Origin: a bacterium
GTDB taxonomy: Bacteria; SZUA-182; DTGQ01
NCBI GenBank assembly: GCA_040752695.1
Contig: JBFMGO010000052.1
Location: 1 to 36,556, forward strand
Reading direction: 5' to 3'
Length of the DNA stretch: 36,556 bases
The translations under genes were made by a program, and so were the position numbers. This document shows, piece after piece, positions 1-10,133 of the stretch. The first letter of the stretch is position 1; each line of letters begins with the position of its first letter. The notes beneath the pieces are model-generated. The model was not told the origin of the DNA and did not search any database. It saw nothing but the letters and a program-made list of their open reading frames with translations.

Positions 1-109
1 AGTAGAAAAACAGGGGAACCTGGCAGAAAAACTTCGGGGCACTTCTCAATGGAAGGAATATTTTCCTTTTTATTGATTGGCCATGATATATATTATATAT
101 TATATATTA

Positions 110-2107
110 TTAGTTAAAATTAACTACTAATTCACTACTTTTCTGTTCGACTTCTCCGATCTTTTCGCATACCTGATCCGGATTTTTCCTCGGCGCTTGG
201 GGATTATATTCAGGAACTATTTCTTTCAGCTTGGCTCTGATGCCTATGCTGTCGTTTCTATCGGCCAGTCTTAACAGTTCGTTAATCTTTTTTTCCAGAT
301 CATGATAACAAATGCCGTCGCTGCTGTTATTTTTCAAGACCATCAGTTTTTCATGCGGGGTAGAAACAATGCCTTCTTCATCTGTGATCAATTCTTCATA
401 CAGCTTTTCTCCTGGCCTGAGCCCGGTTATTTCAATACGAATATCTTTATCGGAGCAGGATAACCGGATGAGGTCTCTCGCCATATCGATTATCTTAACT
501 GCTTTGCCCATTTTTAAGATGTATATCTCTCCACTTTCTCCCATTGCGCCAGCCTGTAAGACAAGCTGGACTGCTTCATTAATTGTCATAAAGTAACGAG
601 TAACGTCTGGATGAGTAACCGTTACCGGTCCGCCATGGGCAATCTGTTTTTTAAAAAGCGGAATCACACTGCCTGCGCTTCCGATGACATTCCCGAACCG
701 GACAGCCATAATCCTGGTCTGAACAGGCCTTTTCTGGGGATAGGTATTTTTTATTTCCTGGCTTTTCAATTGCAGGATAATTTCCGCTACCTTTTTAGAC
801 GCACCCATGACATTGGTTGGCCGCACAGCCTTATCTGTGGAAATCGAAACAAACCGCTCGGCCCCGAACTCCACTGCCGCTTCGCAGACATACTTTGTAC
901 CGAGAATGTTATTATAGACTGCTTCCCAGGGGTGTATTTCCATCATGGGTACGTGTTTGTAAGCAGCAGCGTGAAAAATCACCTGCGGTCTGTAGCGGAA
1001 AAAAATTTTCCTGAGATGGGCCAGACACGTTATCGAGCCCAAAACCGGGACGATATCCTGTCGAGGGAAAAGGCGATTCACCTCCATCTCTATATCGTAC
1101 AAGTTACTTTCAGCCCGGTCCAGCATGATGATGATTTTCGGTTTGAATCTGGCTACCTGCCGGCAGCACTCAGAGCCAATTGACCCGCCTGCACCCGTTA
1201 TCAGTACGCTCTTTCCGCCTAGATAAGCACCTATCTTATCGATATCCAACTCAACCTGGGTTCTCCCTAAGAGATCTGAATAGGAGATCTCACGAATATT
1301 CGACAAGCTTACTTTACCATTAATCAATTCTCCCAGGCTTGGAATCGTTTTACACGTAATCCCCGATTTTTGAACAATATCCACCATTGATCGCATGTTC
1401 TCCGCAGACGCGGAAGGAATGGCGATAATAATTTCATCGAGGTGAATATTTTTAGCCAAAGAGGGCAGGCAATTTATGTTCCCCATCACTTTAACACCAT
1501 GGATGTACTTGTTAATTTTGTCATACCCTTCGTCAAGAAATCCGACAACTTCATATCGTAAGCTCACATTTCCATGAATCTCGCGGAGAATCTTCTCTCC
1601 CGCATCACCAGCACCGATGATTAATACCTTCTTTCTCTTATAGTCATCCAGTTTATTTTTTTCCAGCCTGAAAAGCCTTTGTCTTTTCTGGATACTGACA
1701 ATTCTAATTCCTAACCGAAAGCCTCCTATAAGAACAAGGGTGAGAATGCTGTCTATAAGGAACACAGAGCGGGCAAATCCCTGGAATCTATGAGTAATGA
1801 AGATAAATAAAAAAACCATGAAAGACCCGGTTAAGCAAGCTTTGATGATAGCTTCCAAATCCTTTAAACTGGTGTACTGGTAGACGCTCAGGTAAAGGTT
1901 ATAATAGTAAAAGGAAGAAATCTTCAATACAAGGATAGGAATCAGGGTGTTTCTGAAATTGAGATACTGGTAAAAAGGAAATTTCATATCAAAACGAAGC
2001 AGGTACGATGTCAGATAAGCAAGAGTAACCAATATGCTATCCACTGCCATGAAAAGGATTAACCTGCTCCTGCATTTTTTATCAAGCATACTATTCGATG
2101 TCGTCAT
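110..2107 (-). CDS. Nucleoside-diphosphate sugar 4,6-dehydratase, CapD/WbpM/PglF type (membrane anchored)
   Basis: 665 aa with N-terminal hydrophobic helices, a GAGDAG CoA-binding-like domain, then GAGGSIGS, HAAAYKHVP, STDKAV, MGASK, VRFGNV and GLRPGEKLYEEL motifs. Confidence 0.95.
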   Translation of the reverse strand: MTTSNSMLDKKCRSRLILFMAVDSILVTLAYLTSYLLRFDMKFPFYQYLNFRNTLIPILVLKISSFYYYNLYLSVYQYTSLKDLEAIIKACLTGSFMVFLFIFITHRFQGFARSVFLIDSILTLVLIGGFRLGIRIVSIQKRQRLFRLEKNKLDDYKRKKVLIIGAGDAGEKILREIHGNVSLRYEVVGFLDEGYDKINKYIHGVKVMGNINCLPSLAKNIHLDEIIIAIPSASAENMRSMVDIVQKSGITCKTIPSLGELINGKVSLSNIREISYSDLLGRTQVELDIDKIGAYLGGKSVLITGAGGSIGSECCRQVARFKPKIIIMLDRAESNLYDIEMEVNRLFPRQDIVPVLGSITCLAHLRKIFFRYRPQVIFHAAAYKHVPMMEIHPWEAVYNNILGTKYVCEAAVEFGAERFVSISTDKAVRPTNVMGASKKVAEIILQLKSQEIKNTYPQKRPVQTRIMAVRFGNVIGSAGSVIPLFKKQIAHGGPVTVTHPDVTRYFMTINEAVQLVLQAGAMGESGEIYILKMGKAVKIIDMARDLIRLSCSDKDIRIEITGLRPGEKLYEELITDEEGIVSTPHEKLMVLKNNSSDGICYHDLEKKINELLRLADRNDSIGIRAKLKEIVPEYNPQAPRKNPDQVCEKIGEVEQKSSELVVNFN

Positions 2108-2254
2108 CTAAGGAGCCTCCCAGTACAATGACAATGGATTAGTAATGAATACCCTTTCAGTGATAGTGAGAACAGCAGGCGAGTAGATTTACTCCAACAG
2201 GCGGGACTTCCTAAGAACAAGACTCAACAACAGGCATAATGAACCGCTCGTGAA

Positions 2255-4648
2255 TTATGAGTGATCCGGGGGCGAAAAAATGGTGGCAAAGACAGCATCC
2301 GAAGGGTAATATTGCTGGACCATTTGCTGAATCTGTCCCCTGTAGCGAGGATCGATCTGATATGTCTTCTGAAAATAATAGATAAAATGATTAAACGCTT
2401 GCAGGTATTCCTCTTCATCTTCAACCACTTTAGTTTTTAACAAAAAATAGCATCCTGCGGAAAAATGAATATTCGCCGATCCCGGCATAAAATACAGTGC
2501 ACGCTCGAACTCTTTTTCTGCAGCAGCCGTGAGAAACGGTATCTGATCCCAATTTTCAGATAAATTCACGGATTGCATGATATGCCAGCCCAGTTTTTCA
2601 TGATAATAAGGATTGGTCGGGTTCAAATGAATGGCTTTTTGTAAGGCCAGAGAGATTAACTCGTTCAATAACGCCGTCCCCCTTTTACCCTCGTTGACCT
2701 TCACTTCTCCGAGAATATGCTGGATGCGTGCTAAACCGGTCTTCTGTCGATGGGCCAACTCTTCTTCGACTGCTGATCCTTCCTCGATGGTACCAGCAGA
2801 TTCTTCTTTATCATGGATGCCGTTATCATGGATGTCCTTATCATGGACACCTTTATCACGGATATTTTCAAGGGATAAAGCCAGTTGAAAGAAATATTTC
2901 GGATTTCCCTTTTCCAGTTGAATGGCTGCGCAGATTTGTTCCAGGGCAGGGGGATGCCGCTCTCCAATGGTACTGTCTGGTAAGGTGGGAAATATCTTTT
3001 CTGCCAGGCATGGCCTTGCTGCAAGCACTGCGAGATAGCAAAATCCTGCCGGCAGCACCAGGGCTAACGGCCACAGGAGCCAGGCAGGGTAAGAGAGGGT
3101 TATAGTATTTTTTTTCTCTTCAGCGTGGTCGTCATGTATTCCGGATATGCCGGTTTTTTTTCGTCTTGTCTGATTCGTCAATGCTGCGCAGGTAATTCCT
3201 ACTGCCATACTCAAAAGCAGAGGATTGGCAGGGATATGCATGTTAAAATCCGTCAGGCTATGCAAGGCCAGAGAAACCATAGCCCCTATACCGCCCAATC
3301 CGATTCCGATACTAAAGCTGTTTTTCCTTCTCGTCCAGAGGGTAAGAAAATACCCCAGACAAAAGATAAAAGAAACAATGACGATTATGAATCCCACAGA
3401 ACCAGTCTCTACAGCCAGCTCCAGCCAATCCTGGTGGGCGTGGTTCACCTCGTGAATTTCATCTTCCGGGCTCTTATATTTTCTGTACACCTCCATGAAG
3501 GTTCCCCATCCTGTTCCCAATACCGGAAAATCTTTCCATGAATTCAGGGCTGTTTTTGCAATCCGCATTCTGATCACACAATCTTCCATAACGTTTTCAA
3601 ATCGTTGGAGTGTTCCATCCATTCCGATCTTCATTGCGTAGAGGAAAAACAGTGAACAGATAATTAACCAGACTGCTGCATATTTCCTGTACTTTTTACG
3701 GAAAAGTAATAAGGTATTCATGAAGATGAGGCTTACAGCCAAAGAAATGATTCCTCCCCGTGATCCGGAAAAGAATAATCCGATCATCATCAGAACTGTT
3801 AAGAAGATCATAAGTACTTGTTTCAGGCAGTCCGGATTATCCATATTCCTGGAAAGTAAAAACCCTCTGATTCCACCAATGGTATTATTCCTTTTTTCCC
3901 TCTGCCTTTTCGATTTGCCTACAAGAGCAATATAGAGCCCGAAACATAAGGGTATAACGATCTCCAGCAATCCGGCCAGGTGATTTCTGTTGATATAGGT
4001 GCCTGTGGCACAAACACCGTTACGGATATTTTTAAACCACCAAATGTCGCTAGATACTTCTAAATATCCCCAGATTCCATATATTGCCTCAAAGGTTCCT
4101 ATAAAGAGGAAACTTTTTATTACCGCTTGAATCTTCTGTCTTGAATCTGCCCAATTGATAATGATAAAAAATGCTCCAAAATAGGCCAAAATTTTATATA
4201 AGTCGATTTCGGTACCATAGCAGTATAAGGAGAGCGAAATAAAGGGAGGGATTTTTTCAAACGCTTTGCGGTATACCGTATATGTACCGGGAGAAATCGC
4301 CTTTACGAACCGCCAGGGCAAGGGCACCCGTTGGAAGAGGATAAGCCCGATAAGCATGAGGCATACATAATTTAATGGCATCATGCGCAATGAAAGGCTG
4401 TATTTCTTTCCCTTATCTTTGTTTTCTTTCATCGACCTATTCTTCCTGTGATCAAAAATCTCTTTGGAATCAAAGACTTTCTTGGAATCAAAGATCTTTT
4501 GTAAGAGCACTGCCAGGAGAAGCAAAAATACCCCCATTTCCATGAGGGTAAAGGAAAAAATGTGTATTGCCCCAAAAGCACATGGGCAATAGACGATTAA
4601 AAAGATGAGTCCGTATTTTATAAACGTATTCAAGATAAGGTTCGGCAA
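2255..4648 (-). CDS. O-antigen ligase (Wzy_C/WaaL) family membrane protein with a C-terminal TPR-like domain
   Basis: 797 aa with many TM segments; GTYINRNHLAG, SGSRGG, PVLGTGWGTF, HAHQDWLELAVETG and ALHSLTDFN motifs; helical repeats such as ALQKAIHLNPTNPYYH and FERALYFMPGSANIH. TTG start, exact start uncertain. Confidence 0.85.
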   Translation of the reverse strand: MPNLILNTFIKYGLIFLIVYCPCAFGAIHIFSFTLMEMGVFLLLLAVLLQKIFDSKKVFDSKEIFDHRKNRSMKENKDKGKKYSLSLRMMPLNYVCLMLIGLILFQRVPLPWRFVKAISPGTYTVYRKAFEKIPPFISLSLYCYGTEIDLYKILAYFGAFFIIINWADSRQKIQAVIKSFLFIGTFEAIYGIWGYLEVSSDIWWFKNIRNGVCATGTYINRNHLAGLLEIVIPLCFGLYIALVGKSKRQREKRNNTIGGIRGFLLSRNMDNPDCLKQVLMIFLTVLMMIGLFFSGSRGGIISLAVSLIFMNTLLLFRKKYRKYAAVWLIICSLFFLYAMKIGMDGTLQRFENVMEDCVIRMRIAKTALNSWKDFPVLGTGWGTFMEVYRKYKSPEDEIHEVNHAHQDWLELAVETGSVGFIIVIVSFIFCLGYFLTLWTRRKNSFSIGIGLGGIGAMVSLALHSLTDFNMHIPANPLLLSMAVGITCAALTNQTRRKKTGISGIHDDHAEEKKNTITLSYPAWLLWPLALVLPAGFCYLAVLAARPCLAEKIFPTLPDSTIGERHPPALEQICAAIQLEKGNPKYFFQLALSLENIRDKGVHDKDIHDNGIHDKEESAGTIEEGSAVEEELAHRQKTGLARIQHILGEVKVNEGKRGTALLNELISLALQKAIHLNPTNPYYHEKLGWHIMQSVNLSENWDQIPFLTAAAEKEFERALYFMPGSANIHFSAGCYFLLKTKVVEDEEEYLQAFNHFIYYFQKTYQIDPRYRGQIQQMVQQYYPSDAVFATIFSPPDHS
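2808..2867. repeat. In-frame 15-bp tandem repeat x4 (TTATCATGGATGYCN)
   Basis: ttatcatggatgccg / ttatcatggatgtcc / ttatcatggacacct / ttatcacggatattt; encodes IRDKG-VHDKD-IHDNG-IHDKE. Confidence 0.9.
4451..4504. repeat. In-frame 18-bp tandem repeat x3
   Basis: atcaaaaatctctttgga / atcaaagactttcttgga / atcaaagatcttttgtaa; encodes QKIFDS-KKVFDS-KEIFDH. Confidence 0.85.
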
Positions 4649-4687
4649 CCCTGAAGGAAGTCAGACTTATGCATAAGAGAAAGGCAG

Positions 4688-5695
4688 TCAGGAGATGCTG
4701 TCCAAGTCATCTAAAAACGCCCTGACCAGAACAAGTTCAGTATCGGGAATATACCCATCGGCAACGAAAGCTTCATAGCAGGTATAAAGATTTGCAGATA
4801 CATTCCCTGCGCCGGGCTCAAGCTTCAATGCTGACAACCGGTCAACAATGGCGTTATTATTGATGTATCCCGGCACTTCATCACGAAAGTCCCGCATAAG
4901 GTCATGACCGTTCCGGTCCTGATCCACTTCAGGTGCGTGAAACGCGACCCCATGCCCGATTTCCCATAGACAACGCTGCGCTATAAAGCTTCTCCAGATA
5001 TCGGTCATGCGAAACGAGCAATGACTGGGCAGATACAGTAACGGATAAGCGACTGGCCACCACCATGTGCTTTGGCTGTTAAACGGGCACCATGTGCCCG
5101 GTAAAAGAACCAGACTGGGTTTTTGTTGAAATTGAATATCCTGATCGAGTACTAACCGCCAGACTGCGTCAACATCGGGAGATCCGTTAGCGAGTCCCTG
5201 CTGAACCGGGGATTCAATTTCCTGTAGGGTTTCATCAACATGATGAACAAAGGTTTCAGGGTTGGCAATTTCATCGAGCGGAAAGCCGCGGGGCCAGATT
5301 AATCCATCGCTGAAAAACCTATACACGTTCATCCACCGGCGAGAATGTATCTTCCGGGCCAAAATCGATCTGTCTCTTGGCTTCCAGCCCTCAGCCGGAG
5401 CATTGTCGTCATCTGTTTCATAGATACAGGTGGCTCCTTTTTCGATCGCTATCAGGTAGCCCAGGTTTTTGCGCGAATAATGATTCTCAGGAAGAAGCCC
5501 GGTCAGTTTAAAGCCGTGTTGCCTTTCGAGAGGGAAAAAATCGACACCAGGCAAATCATAGCTGCAAGGTCCCTTTTTATCTCCAATGACGATAAGGGTA
5601 GATGCCGATGTATTCAGTTTGGTGACTAATTTCACCATGGAAGGGGTTGGAGTCTGAACGGTAGTAATAACGCTCAAAAGCTTTGTATCCGACAT
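4688..5695 (-). CDS. STELLO/DUF288-family putative glycosyltransferase
   Basis: 335 aa; IGDKKGP, RKNLGYLIAI, YETDDDN, WPRGFPL, QQGLANGSPDVDA, PFNSQST, SFRMTDIWRS and RNGHDLMRDFRDE match the DUF288/STELLO domain. Confidence 0.85.
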   Translation of the reverse strand: MSDTKLLSVITTVQTPTPSMVKLVTKLNTSASTLIVIGDKKGPCSYDLPGVDFFPLERQHGFKLTGLLPENHYSRKNLGYLIAIEKGATCIYETDDDNAPAEGWKPRDRSILARKIHSRRWMNVYRFFSDGLIWPRGFPLDEIANPETFVHHVDETLQEIESPVQQGLANGSPDVDAVWRLVLDQDIQFQQKPSLVLLPGTWCPFNSQSTWWWPVAYPLLYLPSHCSFRMTDIWRSFIAQRCLWEIGHGVAFHAPEVDQDRNGHDLMRDFRDEVPGYINNNAIVDRLSALKLEPGAGNVSANLYTCYEAFVADGYIPDTELVLVRAFLDDLDSIS

Positions 5696-6609
5696 TACAC
5701 CTGCATCCCCTCTAAAAGAATTTTGATGGATCGTTTCAATGGCTTCATAAGGCTGCTTTTCATCACGCTCTTTTTAAAGTTTCCCTGAGGGGGAATGGTT
5801 TTATAAAAATCTTCCTTTAGAGATTTAAGCGAGTGCAAGCGGGTGGGACAAATGTCTTCAGAACTGCCGGGGTCTGATTGCAGGCGTACCCTTCTCGGTT
5901 CGAGAATCGATATTGCCTGGATGCTGGCGTCATAGAGTTCACTGTCAGGATGACTTAGATGGTATCCGAATAAATCCACTACAGAATATAAACAGTGTTG
6001 CTGCCCTGTACGCCGCAGATAATGCATGACCCGGTCGTTGAATTCCGAATCCTCGTGGCATACTATTTGGGGGTCGAATCCACCGATATTTTGGGCTACC
6101 TCCCTGAGCACGGTCCAGGGAGAAGAGCTCCCGCCAGTCTTTCTTCCTTTCAGATTTTCATAACCTCGCATAAAATCAAAATTATTTTCCAGGGTATATG
6201 TTATTGGCTCCGATAAGGATTGGGTTTGTCTTGCGTTTAGATATACCCGGCTTCCCAGGGCATAACAGATTTTCCTCATTGATAGTTCTCGAATATATTC
6301 TCTCAAAAAATTACTCGGGTAGATGACGTCGGAATTTGCAAATAAGACATAGGTCCCATTTGCATAATAAAGCCCCAGATTATTGGCTGCCGCTATATTG
6401 AAAAATTCCGGCTGGGGATACGATTTTATCACCGGCGTGCACCGGGAATTGCACCCGGAACTCAACATTTTGAAATAGTGCTCCTTATCGTTGAAAAGAT
6501 TCAAAATTACCTCATAAGGCTGCTGAATATCCTGAAGCATCCATGATCTGTAACCGTAGGCAGCATAAAAAGTACGATTCATATCGTTGAGAACAATCGA
6601 GGCTATCAT
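5695..6609 (-). CDS. GT-A fold glycosyltransferase (GT2/GT7C-like), divergent
   Basis: 304 aa; FNIAAANNLG...YVLFANSDVI (DxD position) and IGGFDPQIVCHEDSEF resemble GT2/GT7C motifs; its stop overlaps the next start codon. Confidence 0.65.
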   Translation of the reverse strand: MIASIVLNDMNRTFYAAYGYRSWMLQDIQQPYEVILNLFNDKEHYFKMLSSGCNSRCTPVIKSYPQPEFFNIAAANNLGLYYANGTYVLFANSDVIYPSNFLREYIRELSMRKICYALGSRVYLNARQTQSLSEPITYTLENNFDFMRGYENLKGRKTGGSSSPWTVLREVAQNIGGFDPQIVCHEDSEFNDRVMHYLRRTGQQHCLYSVVDLFGYHLSHPDSELYDASIQAISILEPRRVRLQSDPGSSEDICPTRLHSLKSLKEDFYKTIPPQGNFKKSVMKSSLMKPLKRSIKILLEGMQV

Positions 6610-6652
6610 AAGAACCTGTGCTCCTTTTCCTTCCTGAGAGTTTTCATTATCC

Positions 6653-7711
6653 TTATCGCGGTATCATTGCCCGGAGTGTCGCAGGGTGTATTTTTTCCCT
6701 TTTGGCAGTATAGCCCCATAAGCTCAGGCACATGAGTGGCAGGAGGAAGATGAGCATGATGTCGGCCCACTGTTTTTTTCTCATAATCAATAAAGAGAAG
6801 ATAATTCCCAATACATCAAGTCCTCCATACAATAAGGTAACGATCCGGTGGTCATGACCTGAAATAACCAAACGCTGGTATATATGAGTGCGATGTGCAG
6901 CAAAAATATTTTCGCCATTTTTCAGACGTCGAAAGAAGGTCAGGCTGGTATCAAATATAAAGGGCCATACGAGAAGAATCCCAACGAGGCCAAGGGAAGG
7001 ATTCTTTTGTGACCCGATAACTGCCAGGGATGCAAAACTGTACCCTAAAAACACACTGCCCACATCACCCATAAAAATACTGGCCGGAGGCCAGTTATGC
7101 CAGAGAAACCCCGCCGATGAAGCCGCCAGTAACGTACCTAAGATTGTTATCAACGGCAGCCCCAGGTACCACCCCCCAAAAGCCCACCCCAGGCCGGCCA
7201 TAACCGCCTGACAGCCTGCAATTCCGTCTATGCCATCCATAAAGTTATAGCTGTTGGAAAGCCCGACGATCCAGAGAAAGGTGAGGGGAAGGCCGATCAG
7301 TCCAAAGCTGACCTGGCCTAAGATCGGGAATACCATGGTCTTGAAGAAGCCGAAACCGGAAATGATAAAAGATGCCGACACTGCCTGGACACAAAAACGA
7401 AGAGAAGCGGGGAGGGGATGCACATCATCCAACCATCCGATTACGGCGGTCAGCACCGAACCCGTCAGGTAGGTTACCAGACATGGCCAGGTGCATAACG
7501 GGTGTATAGCCTGTACTGCCACCAGGCTGCTTACTGTAATGATAACAATAGCCAGGCCGCCGCCGCGCGGGGTTGGAAGCGTGTGGGAGCTTCGGTCATT
7601 CGGGATGTCAAAGATAGAACGGCGGATGGTATAGGAGCGAATTGCCTGGGTAAGGAATGCGCCTGCGATGGAAAGAGATATAAAAGCAAATATGAAAATA
7701 ATGCCGTCCAT
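6653..7711 (-). CDS. MraY/WecA-family (WbpL-like) undecaprenyl-phosphate HexNAc-1-phosphate transferase, initiating GT
   Basis: 352 aa polytopic membrane protein; RSSHTLPTPRGGG, GWLDD, NSYNFMDGIDG, FMGDVGS and HRTHIYQRL motifs. Confidence 0.93.
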   Translation of the reverse strand: MDGIIFIFAFISLSIAGAFLTQAIRSYTIRRSIFDIPNDRSSHTLPTPRGGGLAIVIITVSSLVAVQAIHPLCTWPCLVTYLTGSVLTAVIGWLDDVHPLPASLRFCVQAVSASFIISGFGFFKTMVFPILGQVSFGLIGLPLTFLWIVGLSNSYNFMDGIDGIAGCQAVMAGLGWAFGGWYLGLPLITILGTLLAASSAGFLWHNWPPASIFMGDVGSVFLGYSFASLAVIGSQKNPSLGLVGILLVWPFIFDTSLTFFRRLKNGENIFAAHRTHIYQRLVISGHDHRIVTLLYGGLDVLGIIFSLLIMRKKQWADIMLIFLLPLMCLSLWGYTAKREKIHPATLRAMIPR

Positions 7712-7839
7712 TTTTATCAGGCAGTGTAAGAAATTGAATTGGCTTGAATTGATATATCAGGATAGTTGCAGGGATTGCCTGCTGGTATCAGGAAATTTCC
7801 CTGTACAATCTTTCCTTATCGGAAGTCTTAGGATAGGTG

Positions 7840-8697
7840 TTAAATGAAGTTGTAAAGATTAGACTTAAACAGTTTCCAAAAAAGACATCTCAATTTATAG
7901 CTTCGCTGAGGCGGGAGTAAAAACAAAGAATAATAGAGAGGAGTTAAAAAGATTACCGGGCAAGGGATACCGATACCATCAAATCGTTTTGATAATTGGT
8001 TCTGACAATAGGGATAAGAATCAACTACATTGATAACAGCTTGGCCTTTTGTTTCCCCCGCCAACAATGAAAGTATTGTTCTTGCTAGTGTATTTACATG
8101 GCATAGACCATAGTGCGGTGAAGGCATGATTACTAATTTTAACTTTGATTGACCGGGCAAATAGATTCTACTTTTAATATTTTTTTGGCAACAATCGTCA
8201 AATACGGGACAAAGACGTAAAATTTGATAATTGGCAAGCGAAGAACGCTTGATGATTTCTTCGCATATGACTTTGCTCATTCCGTATTCAGTTGATGGCC
8301 TTAACTCGTCAAAAACACTGACTGGAGCAGTACGGCCATCCTCCCCATAAACAGCGACAGAACTGAGAAAAATAAAATAAGGTTGATTACGCTTTGTTGC
8401 CCTCACGATATTTTCGGTTATCGTTTTATTAATGGATATGTAATCACGGCCCTGACCTTTTTCCCCCGAAATATTTAAGGCAGCTCCATGAATTATAATC
8501 GGGCAATCGGGAATTAAAGAAATGGCATGCATCGTTGAATCAAAGGAGAGAAGATCACCCTGAACGATCCGATTGTTGACACTTTTCTTTCTTGAAATCC
8601 CCCAAACTTCGTAACCGGCTTCAGAAAGCTTTTTATAAAGTGATCTACCAATAAATCCACTAACACCGGTTAGTAAAATACACTTACCCTGCTTCAT
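7840..8697 (-). CDS. NAD-dependent epimerase/dehydratase (extended SDR), possibly a UDP-4-keto-6-deoxy-HexNAc 4-reductase
   Basis: LTGVSGFIG Rossmann motif, FLSSVAVYG and YGMSK (YxxxK); adjacent to the WbpL-like gene. Confidence 0.85.
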   Translation of the reverse strand: MKQGKCILLTGVSGFIGRSLYKKLSEAGYEVWGISRKKSVNNRIVQGDLLSFDSTMHAISLIPDCPIIIHGAALNISGEKGQGRDYISINKTITENIVRATKRNQPYFIFLSSVAVYGEDGRTAPVSVFDELRPSTEYGMSKVICEEIIKRSSLANYQILRLCPVFDDCCQKNIKSRIYLPGQSKLKLVIMPSPHYGLCHVNTLARTILSLLAGETKGQAVINVVDSYPYCQNQLSKRFDGIGIPCPVIFLTPLYYSLFLLPPQRSYKLRCLFWKLFKSNLYNFI

Positions 8698-8762
8698 GAA
8701 TTACCTTTCCACTCAATATGAGATATTATAGGACTCTTTCATTTGCGTAGGAGATATTTTCT

Positions 8763-10010
8763 TCATTTCGATGAGAGGATTTCAGAAATTAACCGGTGAT
8801 ACTGAAGAGCTACAGACTGGTGGGAATGATGCTGGACGACATACTCTCGCCCCTTATGTCCCATTTCTCCCAATCGTATCGGTTGATGAAAGGCATATTC
8901 TACAGCATTGGCCAAAGCTTTTGAATCATCGGGGGGAACAACTATTCCGCACTTTGCTCTTTCTACTATCCAGGCAAGCTCAGAATCTTTATCAGCAGAT
9001 ACAATAGCAGGTCGCCCTGAAGCCATAATGGTGTAGATTTTAGAAGGAAAAGTTTCCTGGGCCGTCCCTTTTTTGAGGGGTATAAGACAGACATCACTGC
9101 TGGCATAAATAAAAGGCACCATACTTTGAGGCTGGTAGGGAAGAAGTTTAATGTTCGTTACGAAATTTTTGGACAGTTCCCTGTTCAACCATTCGAGTCT
9201 CACGCCATTTCCCAGAATCACAAATTGAATCTCCTCAATATAAACCAGTCTTTGCGCAGCCTCAATAACGGTCTCGAAACTTTGTGTCATCCCTATATTT
9301 CCAGCGTAGAGGACTACAAACTTTTTAAGGAGTTCATAATTTTTTGCAAAATTATTATTTTTGTTCGATGGCCTCATGAAATCTACATTGACAAAATTCG
9401 GTATCGTACTTATTTTATTACTTTTAACACCTTTCAACAACAAACGCTCTTTAAACCACTCCGAGATAACTACATTCATTTTGGCCTGGTCATATATAAA
9501 CCGTTCCATCAATTCCATCATTCTTATCAAGTACTTGTTTCGTATGAGATTAAGACTGACCGCCAAATCCGGGTATATCTCCTGTACATTGTATATAAAA
9601 GGGACATGCCTGGCCGATCCCAGGATCCAGGCACTTAAACCGATAGTCAGTGGTGGTGAAGGCGCTAAGATCACATCATAGCTTTCGTTAAAAACAAGCC
9701 CGGCTATGGTGCTCATTACGTGGAACCGAACATAGTCTATTAAACGGGAAACTACACGGGCTCCTTTTTCACGCACAGGCACGTGATAAACAGGGATACC
9801 GCAATCGCTTCTGTAAAGGAGACCAACCCACTTTGGACTCAATGGCTGCTTTCTCCGTGCCTCTGGTTCAACATTATAGTGAGGAGTGGTGGTTAGTACG
9901 GTAATTTGATGTCCCAGCTTCTTCAATTCCAGAGCTAATTCAGTCATGAGGACAGATGTAGAAACACTATCTGGAGAAAAAACCAAAGTAAGTAATAAAA
10001 TTTTGGCCAT
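8763..10010 (-). CDS. Glycosyltransferase family 4 (WbuB/WcaI-like)
   Basis: 415 aa; VTVLT-like ITVLTTTPHY, SPPL, NVQEIYPD, VLYAGNIG and FPSKIYTIMASGRP motifs. Confidence 0.92.
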   Translation of the reverse strand: MAKILLLTLVFSPDSVSTSVLMTELALELKKLGHQITVLTTTPHYNVEPEARRKQPLSPKWVGLLYRSDCGIPVYHVPVREKGARVVSRLIDYVRFHVMSTIAGLVFNESYDVILAPSPPLTIGLSAWILGSARHVPFIYNVQEIYPDLAVSLNLIRNKYLIRMMELMERFIYDQAKMNVVISEWFKERLLLKGVKSNKISTIPNFVNVDFMRPSNKNNNFAKNYELLKKFVVLYAGNIGMTQSFETVIEAAQRLVYIEEIQFVILGNGVRLEWLNRELSKNFVTNIKLLPYQPQSMVPFIYASSDVCLIPLKKGTAQETFPSKIYTIMASGRPAIVSADKDSELAWIVERAKCGIVVPPDDSKALANAVEYAFHQPIRLGEMGHKGREYVVQHHSHQSVALQYHRLISEILSSK

Positions 10011-10133
10011 ATTTAGCTTTATATTAAAAATTAATAATAATATAATTTATCATACGTAAACATTCATCTTTACTCTATCATCAAGGATATGATAAGACTT
10101 TTTATGGCTGAACATGGACATCATTCTCCGGGA

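Noticed and set aside
88..110. (ATATATT)x3 after the dehydratase stop codon
   Set aside because: Low-complexity AT microsatellite; not a convincing terminator.
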